A DNA stretch of 62,945 nucleotides, the filler included, from Octopus bimaculoides (Eukaryota): NCBI RefSeq assembly GCF_001194135.2. It is 4 parts of 4 records of this genome, joined end to end, with 100 filler letters (N's around TTAATTAATTAA, not from the genome) between each part and the next. Parts side by side here need not be neighbours in the genome. Positions count along the whole stretch, not along the records: positions 1 to 31,944 come from NC_069008.1; 3 more parts are not named here. One strand, 5' to 3'. Every line of letters starts with the position of its first letter. Positions within the stretch are counted from its first letter, which is position 1. The position numbers and the translations under genes were made by a program. Below the pieces are notes generated by a model that was not told where the DNA came from, did no database searches, and saw only the letters and a program-made list of their open reading frames with translations. Shown in pieces: positions 11,735 to 22,559 of the stretch.

Positions 11735-12340
11735 CTGCTTATGGTAATGATGATGATTTCATAATTTTTCTCTAAGATCATCTTGTCAAATTATGTTCCA
11801 AAACGCCATCTTAGTAATGGATAAAGATAGTACGTTTTTTAATTTTTTTTTTTATTCTTTACAAAATACATCATACACCAGGTTCTTAATTATTTTTAGA
11901 ATTAATTGAATCATATAGGAAGTATATTTCGTTAAAAATATGATGATGAAAGAGTTAAAACAACAAGATAATTAAACCAACAAGACAAGACTATAATTAA
12001 ATGTCAGAAATGAATTATTGTTTATCTTTCGGTAAAAGCAACAGCAACTATTTTGAGATGAAGTCAGTAATGGGCTTGCTGGTTGGGTTATCAGAAAGCG
12101 GTACATGTACAGCTTCTTTATAAAGTGTCTGTTGATAATCCACTAAGAAAAAGCCAACATTGACATCCGCTGAATAAAGCCGAAAGATAATTAAATTCTT
12201 ATTATAAAGATGCTAGTGTAAGTATCTCTAATATATGACACCGAAACACTATCACCATTTCCTCTCTCTCATCACCTGTTGAGCTCAAAACTTACACTGC
12301 TTTTTACATCAACTGCTACTTTGGAAGAATGAAATGAAAA

Positions 12341-12372
<32 letters not shown>

Positions 12373-12719
12373 AAGAAAGAAAGAAGAAAGAGAGAGAGAG
12401 AGAGAGAGAGAGCACATTTTTCAGTTAAACTTTAAATTATATTTCTCTCTTTCAGTAAAAGCAACTATTTTGAGATGATATCAGTAATGAGCTTGCTGGC
12501 TGGGTTATCAGAAACTGGTACATGTGCTGCTTCTTTATAAAGGAGAGGTAGACTTAAACAGCACCCACCCTACCTCTCCTTCGCAGAAATATTATTAACC
12601 CTAATTTCGACTAAAATGTAAGACTCACTATACCTTACCTCTATTCTCACACCANNNNNNNNNNATATATATATATATATAATATATATATATATGCACA
12701 CACACACATATACATATAT

Positions 12720-13068
12720 GATGGGCGTCATTCAGTTCCCACCTACCAAATCCTATCGCATAGCTTTGATCTGCCCAAGGCTATAGCAGAAGACACTTAC
12801 CCCAGGGTACTATGGAGTGGGACTGAACCTGAAACCATGTGGTTGGGAGGCAGGTTTTTTACCATAGAGCTACACCAGATATACATACATACATACATAC
12901 ATATATATATATATATATGACAGGCTTCTTTCAGTTTCCATATCTACCAAATCCACTCACAAGGCTTTGGTCGGCTGGAGGCTATAGTAGAAGACACTTG
13001 CCCAAGGTGCCAAGTGATGGGATTGAACCCAGAACCCAGAACAAACTTCTTACCACACAGCTATGCCT
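12720..13068 (-). mobile_element. Two tandem 5' modules of SINE family A
   Basis: Copies at 12720-12870 and 12918-13068 separated by (TACA)n(TA)n. Other 5' modules at 5437-5535, 14128-14277, 14446-14560, 18475-18635, 18661-18790 and 35770-35930 (+). Confidence 0.8.
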
Positions 13069-13152
13069 GGAGAAAGCTCCATTGAATTATTTTATCCCAT
13101 TGGCCCCTTTTTTTTCTACAGGTAAATACAAAAAAATGAGAAGGGAACTGAC

Positions 13153-13296
13153 CTTTGGATCTGCAGGCTTCAAGGAAAATTTATCTCGTTTCTCTCCGGC
13201 TTCGTCGTACAGCAGAACGACACGGTCCGAGGTGCACACAGCACATTTTACATTGTTCGCCGACCAGCACACAGCGCAGATCTTTGCTGCACCATC
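13153..13296 (-). CDS. IFT172: IFT172 coding exon 2 ([48 protein letters not shown])
   Basis: ccctgcag| ... |gtcagt; 144 nt; recognisable IFT172 motif [17 protein letters not shown]. Confidence 0.97.
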
Positions 13297-13429
13297 CTGC
13301 AGGGAGAAGGGCAAGACTGGAATTAGTGACAAGGATGGTGAAAGGGGACTCAAAATGAGTGTACGTAAACAGAAAACACATAGCCACACACACATTTATA
13401 CATGCACATATATACGCACACACACATCA

Positions 13430-13848
13430 TTATCATCATCATCATCGTTTAACGTCCACTTTCCATGCTGAGGACTGGTGAAACCAGATGGCTACGCCAG
13501 GCTCCAATCTGATTTGGCAGAGTTTCTACAGCTGGATGCCCTTCCTAACGCCAACCACTCCGAGAGTGTAGTGGGTGCTTTTACGTGCCACCGCACGAGG
13601 GCCAGTCACACGGTACTGGCAATGGCTACGCTCGAAAAGGTGTTTTTTACGTGCCACTGCACAGGAGCCAGTCCAGGGGCACTGGCAACGATCTCGCTCG
13701 AATGTCTTTACACGTGCCACCGGCACAAGTGCCAGGAAGGCGATGCTGGGCACTGGTGCCGTCACGATTTCGCTTGCCCCAACAGGTCTTCGCAAGCCGA
13801 GTTACGTGTCCAATGAAGGAGACGACGTTGGCATGGGTGCCAATCGTC
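13430..13848 (-). mobile_element. RTE 3' end (UTR and (GAT)n tail), 5'-truncated
   Basis: Matches 42753-43290. Shorter tail copies lie at about 585-680, 6816-6958, 27293-27440 and 28597-28667. Confidence 0.85.
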
Positions 13849-13850
13849 AT

Positions 13851-13895
<45 letters not shown>

Positions 13896-14969
13896 CTCAC
13901 ACACATACATATATACACACATACAAATGCATATATAAACACAATGAGGGTAGAAATTAATATTAATTAATATCAATTTAAACTAGTGGCCTAGCAGACT
14001 TTAAAAAAATCCAAAGACTATGAATTATAGAACATATATCAGAGGAATAACCACCAAGGAGTATTAATATGCTCGAAGACGTCAGATCATCTTACCTCAA
14101 AGAATGTGTTCTCAAGAAATTTCAACAAACACCAGCATCGGTTGTCAAGCGATGTAGGGGGGACAAACACAGACACACAAATATATACGACGGGCTTCTT
14201 TCAGTTTCCGTCTACCAAACCACTCACAAGGCTTTGGAAGGCCCTCCGAGGCTATAGTAGAAGACACTTGCCCAAGGNNNNNNNNNNNNNNNNNNNNNNN
14301 NNNNNNNNNNNNNNNNNNNNNNNNNNNNNNNNNNNNNNNNNNNNNNNNNNNNNNNNNNNNNNNNNNNNNNNNNNNNNNNNNNNNNNNNNNNNNNNNNNNN
14401 NNNNNNNNNNNNNNNNNNNNNNNNNNNNNNNNNNNNNNNNNNNNNATATATACGACGGGCTTCTTTCAGTTACCGTCTACCAAATCCACTCACAAGGCTT
14501 TGATCGCCCCCCCCCCCCGAGGCCATAGTAGAAGACACTTGCCCCAAGGTACTACGCAGTGGGACGCGGCGGGATTTGAACTCAGAACGTAACGCGCCGG
14601 AAGAAATTACCGCGTAGCATTTTCTCCGACTAGCTTGACAACTTTGCCCGCTCATCTCTTTAAAACAGAATAAATAAATAAAACATCGCCACAATAGAAA
14701 TAAATACAACATATAATATTAATATAAGACATAAGATCGTAAAAATTTACAAAAAATAATATGAAAATAAATGAAACTGAAAATCAAAAAACATTTTAAA
14801 ATTATAAACATTATCAAAGATATAAAATTCCCTTATTTATCTGTCAATCTATCTATATATTTGTCCCCTATTCTTTATCTGTCCCTTTAAGTCGTCATAA
14901 CTTTAGCCTTTGCGTCTCCATCTTGAAAATATGCTTAACTTTCTCTTCATGTCGAGTGCTTTTTTTTAC

Positions 14970-15008
14970 CTGAGGGGCTAGAATATTCTTGAAATATTTC
15001 AATAACAT
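14970..15008 (-). CDS. IFT172: IFT172 coding exon 1 (MLLKYFKNILAPQ)
   Basis: ATG TTA TTG AAA TAT TTC AAG AAT ATT CTA GCC CCT CAG|gtaaaa; 39 nt, phase 0; resembles the IFT172 N-terminus (MxLKYLxTLLxPQ) and joins exon 2 in frame. Confidence 0.9.
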
Positions 15009-15221
15009 TTCTTCGGGCTATCAAATATTAAATGTCCCAGTGAAAAATTTTGGTGAGTTTCTTAGGGTTGTCACGATTTTTTTCATCCAAACGATTCGAT
15101 ATATAAAGAAGCGATTCTTTTCTTTTTTACAGGCAGGATTTGATTGATTGATGATAACAAATAGACATTAAAACTTCCACGCGATGTTTGGGTTTATACG
15201 ATCCATTGTTATTTTGTTTTG

Positions 15222-15235
15222 GTTGTTATGGCAGC
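15222..15235 (-). promoter_or_regulatory. RFX-binding X-box upstream of IFT172
   Basis: Minus strand GCTGCC AT AACAAC fits GYTRYY-N1-3-RRHRAC exactly; 214-227 bp upstream of the IFT172 ATG. Confidence 0.75.
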
Positions 15236-15371
15236 TAAGTAACCAACTGTTGGACACACAGACAGACGAAGTCGGAGGCGTGTGTGTATGTTTGTGTGAG
15301 TGAGAGTATCTGCTTGTGTGTGTGTGACTGTTGTTTTTCTGTTTCTATACCACCAAATCGCTTTGTGTGTG

Positions 15372-15409
<38 letters not shown>

Positions 15410-15464
15410 TGTGTGTGTGTACATTCATGTCTTTTCGTGTGTGCCTATATTCATGTCTATGTGT

Positions 15465-15695
15465 GTGTGTGTGTGTGTGAACAAGTACATGTGTTTGTCC
15501 CCCCAACATCGCTTGACAACCGATGCTGGTGTGTTTACGTCCTCGTAACATAGCGGTTCGGCAAAAAATGACCGATAGAATAAGTACTAGGCTTACAAAG
15601 AATAAGTCCTGGGGTTCATTTGCTCGACTAAAAGAGGGTGCTCCAGCATGGCCACAGTCAAATGACTCAAACAAGTAAAAAAGTAAAGAGTAAGA
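15465..15695 (+). mobile_element. SINE family A 3' module between the two gene starts
   Basis: tttgtccccccaacatcgcttgacaaccgatgctgg...gactcaaacaagtaaaaaag. The same module occurs at 1-107 and 58360-58570. Confidence 0.85.
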
Positions 15696-15940
15696 GTACA
15701 TACATACATACATACATACATACATGCATACATGCATACATACATACATACATAAATTCGCGCGCGCGTATGTTTAAAAAGTTTTCAACTAACTCAGTTT
15801 TATTGAAGAGGCTAATTCGCTCCCTACTCTGTCCCCACAAGTCCACCATATACGATAAATACCCGTGTTTTATAGACAGTAGAAAAACAAACTGAAGTTG
15901 ATTTGGGTAGGATTTGAACTCAAAACGTAGTGATGTAAAG

Positions 15941-15978
<38 letters not shown>

Positions 15979-16411
15979 AGAGAAAGAGAGAGAAAGAGAG
16001 AGAAAGGGAGAGAGAGAAAGATAGAAAGAGAAAGAGAAAGATAGAAAGAGAAAGAGAGAAAGGGAAAGAGAGAAAGGAAAAGAGAGAGAGAGAGACAGAC
16101 AGAGAGAAAGACAGAGAGAGAGAGATAGAGCTACTAATGTTAAATCGATCCTACGCCGCCAACGCCTTCGCATAACGTTATATGACAATCACTCGGTAAC
16201 GTGATGATCAGGATGATGATGATGATGATGTCGATGCAGCCAAAAATGACAAAAACAAAAGTAATAATGATGCTAATAATGTAAGCAATAATTAATAATT
16301 AGAAATAGAAAAAAATCAATTCGACGACAACGATGACGACCATGCTGCCAATCGCAGCCGTAGTTTCGTACAAACTTTCAATTCAAAGAAACCAGACGAG
16401 ACATACGGAAA

Positions 16412-16474
16412 ATGGCGGGACTCCATCTGGAGAAACTTTCATTAGCACCCAATATACTCCGTCTTTTCATCGTG
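16412..16474 (+). CDS. MARVEL-domain 4-TM protein, exon 1 (MAGLHLEKLSLAPNILRLFIV)
   Basis: aaaATGG start context; strong donor GTG|gtaagt; 63 nt, phase 0; LRL opens TM1 as in MARVEL proteins. Confidence 0.8.
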
Positions 16475-17100
16475 GTAAGTGCATTTAGATATCATAAATA
16501 CATAGGACAAGCATCTATGCATGTCCTATGCAGGTGTTGTGGTCCGATACCGAGTGGTTGATCGGGTTTTTGAGTTCGTTTTCCAGCGAAGTCGTCTGCC
16601 GTATTTTTTTTTTTTGTCGCTGTCGTCTGTCAGGTTTTCGTGCCTAATATGTATCGTTTGTTTTCGTGGCTATTTGAAGTACTTCAGTGTCTCATTTAAT
16701 GTATCTATACATATTTTGTTGATAATGTGGTTGTTTTATGTGGTCGATTCATATTACTGCTGTTGTATTTATTCTACACATCCCATCATTTATAAATATT
16801 GATGTACATGTGTGTGTGTGTGTGTTATTTTCTTCCGTGTTTGTGTTTGTTTTGACGAGTTTTATTCTCTAAAAAAATACAGCAATGTCTTCTTCTCTAT
16901 TTTATTATTTCTCTTAACTCGATGTTTTCCCGTTGTGTACATATATGTGTGTGTAAAACACACGTTTGTGTTTCTATGTGTCAATGTGTTTGTTCATTGA
17001 TATGATGTGCGTCTAGGCCTATAAAAAGTGCGCATATACATACGTTTGCGTAAGTGAGAGTGTATACATGCATACGTATGTATATTTACATGTATACATA

Positions 17101-17145
<45 letters not shown>

Positions 17146-17863
17146 ATATATATATTCATACCCTCATAGAGGAATCCGCTTATTAAATTCATGGATAATG
17201 TTATCATGAAAATCGGTGGGTCTCAAACGTCCACAAGATATTGTATACTCTGCTTAATGTTATCAGGTCCTTATCGTTCTATGTAAAAGGTTCTAGCCAG
17301 AATTGATTATAATAAGCGGCTTCTACTGTATGCGTTTGCACGTATATGTACATGTGTGTGCGTGTTCTAGTTTAACCATTTCATCGCATTTTCAGGCATA
17401 GTTCATCAAGAACAACATTATCTAATGTATCCCACCCAAATTTAAAGCAGTAGGGTGTGATTTGAGGGCGATTTAGTGGCTATTTCTAACAGGTCTAGAT
17501 ATCAATTTGAGGCCCTCCTCTCGCTCGTACATACGAATATGGTTGCAAAGTCAAACACGGGACCAGAGTGTTTTCAGGGGAAGGGTAAGTCGATTACATC
17601 AACCGCAGTATGCAACTGGTACTTATTTTATCGATGAAAGGTAAAGTCGACCTTGGCGGAAATTGAACTCAGAACGTAAAGACAGACAAAAAACGCTGCC
17701 TCGAATTTTATTTGGAGTGATAATGTTTCTACCAGTCCATGGACTTCTCATACATACGACAGTGGGATGTCATTTGATGGAGATTTGGCTGCTATTTCTA
17801 CCAGTGTCTCCTTCATTGGCCCATACATACATACATTCATACATATACACACACATACATACA

Positions 17864-18235
17864 TACTCTTTTACTTGTTTCAGTCATTTGTCTGCGGCCA
17901 TGCTGGAGCACCGCCTTTAGTCGAGCAAATCGACCCCAGGACTTATTCTTTGTAAGCCTAGTACTTATTCTATCGGTCATCTTTTTGCCGAACCGCTAAG
18001 TTAAGGGGACGTAAACACACCAGCATCAGTTGTCAAGCGATGTTGGGGGGACAAACACACAAACACATACATACATACACATATATACGACGGGCTTCTT
18101 CCAGTTTCCGTCAACCAAATCCACTCGCAAGGCTTTGGTCGGCCCGAGGCTATAGTAGAAGACACTTGCCCAAGGTGCTACGCAGTGGGACTGAACCCGG
18201 AACCATGTGGTTGGTAAGCAAGCTACTTACCACAC
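17864..18235 (-). mobile_element. SINE family A, near full length
   Basis: Colinear with 5691-6072; in MARVEL intron 1. Confidence 0.85.
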
Positions 18236-18888
18236 ATACATACATACAATTAGGGTTCTCAAAACCAGAAAGGAGAAAGCTGATTCGAATTCTACAGCTC
18301 CAATCCATCAATGGAACTGTAAAATAAAATCATTCAAAAAAAATATATATGTATGTATGTATGAATAGTACCCAGAGCTACGTCCCTTGTAAGGAGTTAC
18401 CTCCCTTACATAATGATTATCTCGCCATGAACAAATGCAGATGCAAAGAAGCACACACACACACACACATATATATGACAGGCTACTTTCAGTTTCTGTC
18501 TTCCAAATTTACTTATAAGGCTTTGGCCATCAGAGGCTATAGTAGAAGACACTTGCCCAAGGTGCCATGTAGTGGGACTGAACCCAGAACCATGTGGTTT
18601 GGGAAGCAAGCTTCTTGCCAAATAGCCACACCTTCACCTATATATATATATATGTGTGTATGACGGGCTTCTTACAGTTTCCTCCTACCAAATCCACTCG
18701 CAAGGATCTGGCTGGCCTGAGGCTAGAGTAGAAGACATTTGCTCAAGGTGCTGCACAGTGGGACTGAACCCTGGACCATGAGGTTGGGAAACAAGGTATG
18801 AAAGCCAAAGCTGACCAACCGTTAGTGAATCATACACAGGTATAGTTATGTCTAATTAAATCATTATCTTTTCTTCTTCTTCTTCCAG

Positions 18889-19086
18889 GTATGTTCGTTG
18901 ATTCCATTCGCCCTCGTTAGCAGCTGGTCCAGCAATGGAGTCACATACTACGACTTCAACGCAAAGGACTTCAATCATGTCCACTCGTTTGAGTTCTACA
19001 TCGTCGTGTCCGTCGTGACGTTCGTCTCCGGGGTGATAACCTGCATCATTGTTCTGCTCGATCTGAAAATTATGCCATGCATTGTG
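18889..19086 (+). CDS. MARVEL-domain protein, exon 2 (VCSLIPFALV...SFEFYIVVSVVTFVSGVITCIIVLLDLKIMPCIV)
   Basis: Long pyrimidine tract ttcttcttccag| and GTG|gtgagt; 198 nt; end of TM1 and TM2 with the FxFxVxVxVxxF pattern. Confidence 0.85.
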
Positions 19087-19189
19087 GTGAGTTCTTAGCA
19101 AAAAATATAAAAAATAACTAGCTGACCCACGTGCTGTCAATAATTGACAGCTAAGTGTAGTATTTTATATATGTATGTGTATGTATGTA

Positions 19190-19489
19190 TGTTGGCACTC
19201 TGTCGCTTATGATGTCGAGGGTTCCAGTTGATCCGATCAACGGAACAGCCTGCTCGTGAAATTAACGTGCAAGTGGCTGAGCACTCCACAGACATGTGTA
19301 CCCTTAACGTAGTTCTCGGGGATATTCAGCGGGATACAGAGTGTGACAAGGCTGACCCCTTTGAATTACAGGCACAACAGAAACAGGAAGAAAGAGTGAG
19401 AGAAAGTTGTGGTGAAAGAGTACAGCAGGGTTCGCCACCATCCCCTGCCGGAGCCTCGTGGAGCTTTTAGGTGTTTTCGCTCAATAAAC
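19190..19489 (-). mobile_element. SINE family C body (head lost in gap)
   Basis: Shares gtttattgagcgaaaacacct with the tRNA-like head at 57874-57963. Confidence 0.65.
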
Positions 19490-20093
19490 NNNNNNNNNNN
19501 NNNNNNNNNNNNNNNNNNNNNNNNNNNNNNNNNNNNNNNNNNNNNNNNNNNNNNNNNNNNNNNNNNNNNNNNNNNNNNNNNNNNNNNNNNNNNNNNNNNN
19601 NNNNNNNNNNNNNNNNNNNNNNNNNNNNNNNNNNNNNNNNNNNNNNNNNNNNNNNNNNNNNNNNNNNNNNNNNNNNNNNNNNNNNNNNNNNNNNNNNNNN
19701 NNNNNNNNNNNNNNNNNNNNNNNNNNNNNNNNNNNNNNNNNNNNNNNNNNNNNNNNNNNNNNNNNNNNNNNNNNNNNNNNNNNNNNNNNNNNNNNNNNNN
19801 NNNNNNNNNNNNNNNNNNNNNNNNNNNNNNNNNNNNNNNNNNNNNNNNNNNNNNNNNNNNNNNNNNNNNNNNNNNNNNNNNNNNNNNNNNNNNNNNNNNN
19901 NNNNNNNNNNNNNNNNNNNNNNNNNNNNNNNNNNNNNNNNNNNNNNNNNNNNNNNNNNNNNNNNNNNNNNNNNNNNNNNNNNNNNNNNNNNNNNNNNNNN
20001 NNNNNNNNNNNNNNNNNNNNNNNNNNNNNNNNNNNNNNNNNNNNNNNNNNNNNNNNNNNNNNNNNNNNNNNNNNNNNNNNNNNNNNNNNNNNN

Positions 20094-20121
<28 letters not shown>

Positions 20122-20127
<6 letters not shown>

Positions 20128-20290
20128 GTTGGTGCATAATTATTGCGGCTTTCTTTCAACAAATTTCATTCAACAAAACCAATAAACAACATGTAACAAA
20201 AACATTGTTAAATGATTATTCCGGAGCATATTCACCATCTACTTCAATTACTGCTTCCCATTTGCTTGGCAGGACGGTCAGAATAATCAT
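20122..20290 (-). mobile_element. mariner 3' end fragment in MARVEL gene intron 2
   Basis: TA followed by ttgggttggtgcataattattgcggctttc, a mariner-type TIR; minus strand reads LPSKWEAVIEVDGEYAPE*, a mariner transposase C-terminus. Confidence 0.8.
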
Positions 20291-20407
20291 TTAAAGATGT
20301 TTTTGTTAAATATTGTTATTGTTTTTGGTGATGATGATGATGATGATGATGATGAAGGTGCCAGTGATGGTGATGATGATGATGATTTTGGTGAAGCTGT
20401 TGATCAC

Positions 20408-20439
<32 letters not shown>

Positions 20440-20550
20440 GAGTGGTGGTGATGATGTTGATGATGATGATGATGATAACGATGATGATGGTGATAACGAT
20501 GTTGGCTAACACGATTTACTAACCAATGGCTTGTTCTTCTCCGCACACAG

Positions 20551-20688
20551 GACATAACGGTCAGTATTGTGCTGATGGTATTCTGGGTGGTTTCGGACAG
20601 CCTGCTAGTGACCAGTCTATCCAACCTCAGCGAAACTGTCGCCGTGAAGGAGGCCCGACTGGACTTCAGTCAAATTGAAGGAGCTATT
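20551..20688 (+). CDS. MARVEL-domain protein, exon 3 (DITVSIVLMVFWVVSDSLLVTSLSNLSETVAVKEARLDFSQIEGAI)
   Basis: cacacag| ... ATT|gtaagt; 138 nt; TM3 D-x9-FW pattern typical of MARVEL domains. Confidence 0.85.
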
Positions 20689-20925
20689 GTAAGTATTACT
20701 ACAGCTGTTGGTCATGTTGCTGTTGTTGTTGTTGTTATTGTTGTTGATGTTGTTGTTGTTACAGAGTCTTGAGTACGATTTGAAACTGCATCTGGTAGTG
20801 GGGCCTTAGTTTCAGGAGTGCCAGGGTTTTGACGAGTCTGGAACTACCTCTTAGCTATGGTTGTTCCCAGGTCTGTTCTGCTTTGCTGTGACCCCCCCAA
20901 CTGTGTGTCGATTAGCGTCATTAAC

Positions 20926-20961
<36 letters not shown>

Positions 20962-20975
20962 CTCGTTTTTTTCAG

Positions 20976-21122
20976 GCTGTCGGATTCTTGTGCGCTGTCT
21001 TGCTGTTCGGTTTCGTCTGGTTCACTTTCTGTAGCCACCGGCGGGAACAAGAAAGGGGAGAGCCCTCCATCACGGGCCGCAGTCCCCTCGTCACAGACAT
21101 CCCCATCGATATCCTCTCGTGA
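20976..21122 (+). CDS. MARVEL-domain protein, terminal exon 4 (AVGFLCAVLLFGFVWFTF...DIPIDILS*)
   Basis: tttttttcag|GCT ... TCG TGA; TM4 AxGF motif followed by a short polar tail; all four exons are phase 0 and give 181 aa. Confidence 0.85.
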   Translation, partial: AVGFLCAVLLFGFVWFTFCSHRREQERGEPSITGRSPLVTDIPIDILS

Positions 21123-21727
21123 TGCAGGTGCAGAAATGCAACACCACAACACACACACTCNNNNNNNNNNNNNNNNNNNNNNNNNNNNNNNNNNNNNNNN
21201 NNNNNNNNNNNNNNNNNNNNNNNNNNNNNNNNNNNNNNNNNNNNNNNNNNNNNNNNNNNNNNNNNNNNNNNNNNNNNNNNNNNNNNNNNNNNNNNNNNNN
21301 NNNNNNNNNNNNNNNNNNNNNNNNNNNNNNNNNNNNNNNNNNNNNNNNNNNNNNNNNNNNNNNNNNNNNNNNNNNNNNNNNNNNNNNNNNNNNNNNNNNN
21401 NNNNNNNNNNNNNNNNNNNNNNNNNNNNNNNNNNNNNNNNNNNNNNNNNNNNNNNNNNNNNNNNNNNNNNNNNNNNNNNNNNNNNNNNNNNNNNNNNNNN
21501 NNNNNNNNNNNNNNNNNNNNNNNNNNNNNNNNNNNNNNNNNNNNNNNNNNNNNNNNNNNNNNNNNNNNNNNNNNNNNNNNNNNNNNNNNNNNNNNNNNNN
21601 NNNNNNNNNNNNNNNNNNNNNNNNNNNNNNNNNNNNNNNNNNNNNNNNNNNNNNNNNNNNNNNNNNNNNNNNNNNNNNNNNNNNNNNNNNNNNNNNNNNN
21701 NNNNNNNNNNNNNNNNNNNNNNNNNNN

Positions 21728-22070
21728 TAATAATTTCTTAAAGCATGTGTTAATCCCCATGTGGGTACATGGAGTAAATAAAATGATAACATAAACAATT
21801 AAATATAAGAAATAATAATTTCTTAAAGCATGTGTTAATCCCCATGTGGGTACATGGAGTAAATAAAATGATAACATAAACAATTAAATATAAGAAATAA
21901 TAATTTCTTGAAGTATGTGTTAATCCCCATGTGGGTACATGGAGTAAATAAAATCATAACATAAACAACGCATGACCAGCATGACCGCAGCCACTTGGCT
22001 GAAACGCATAAATAAATAAATTAAATATAAGAAATAATAATTTCTTTAAAGTATGTGTTAATCCACATGT
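21728..22070. repeat. 85-bp tandem repeat (about 3.5 copies) with a 52-bp insertion
   Basis: Unit starts at 21728, 21813, 21898 and 22035; insertion at 21969-22020. Confidence 0.9.
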
Positions 22071-22559
22071 ACCCAGACTTCGTGGACACCCTGTATATAG
22101 ATATATTTCTCACTGGACATCTCACATCATGGAGATACATACATCTATTATATATGTATGTATGTATACTACTCATCAACAGGCTCTTTTTTGTATCTAT
22201 CATTCTACAAAAGCATAGAATATATAGCATGATATACGAGAAAGCCATAAGGGGTGTATAAAGTTATAAATGACGATATAAATATAGTAGGACGAAAATT
22301 ATTTAACGCTTGGAAAATTTCTATATCGTAATGAATTGTTTCATAACTTAAAGCATGTAAAGATAATTTGTTTTGTTATATTTAATAGTAAATAAATTAC
22401 TTACACGCCTGTATTAATGTAATTATTTACTATTTTTGTTACCTTTACACGCTTTATGTTACAAAACTATTTGTTGTGACAGAGATTTTCCTATGGGTTA
22501 ATAAATTTCACACATATGAAAGAGAGAGAGAGAGAGAGTGCAAGTTAGTTGAAGAATAC

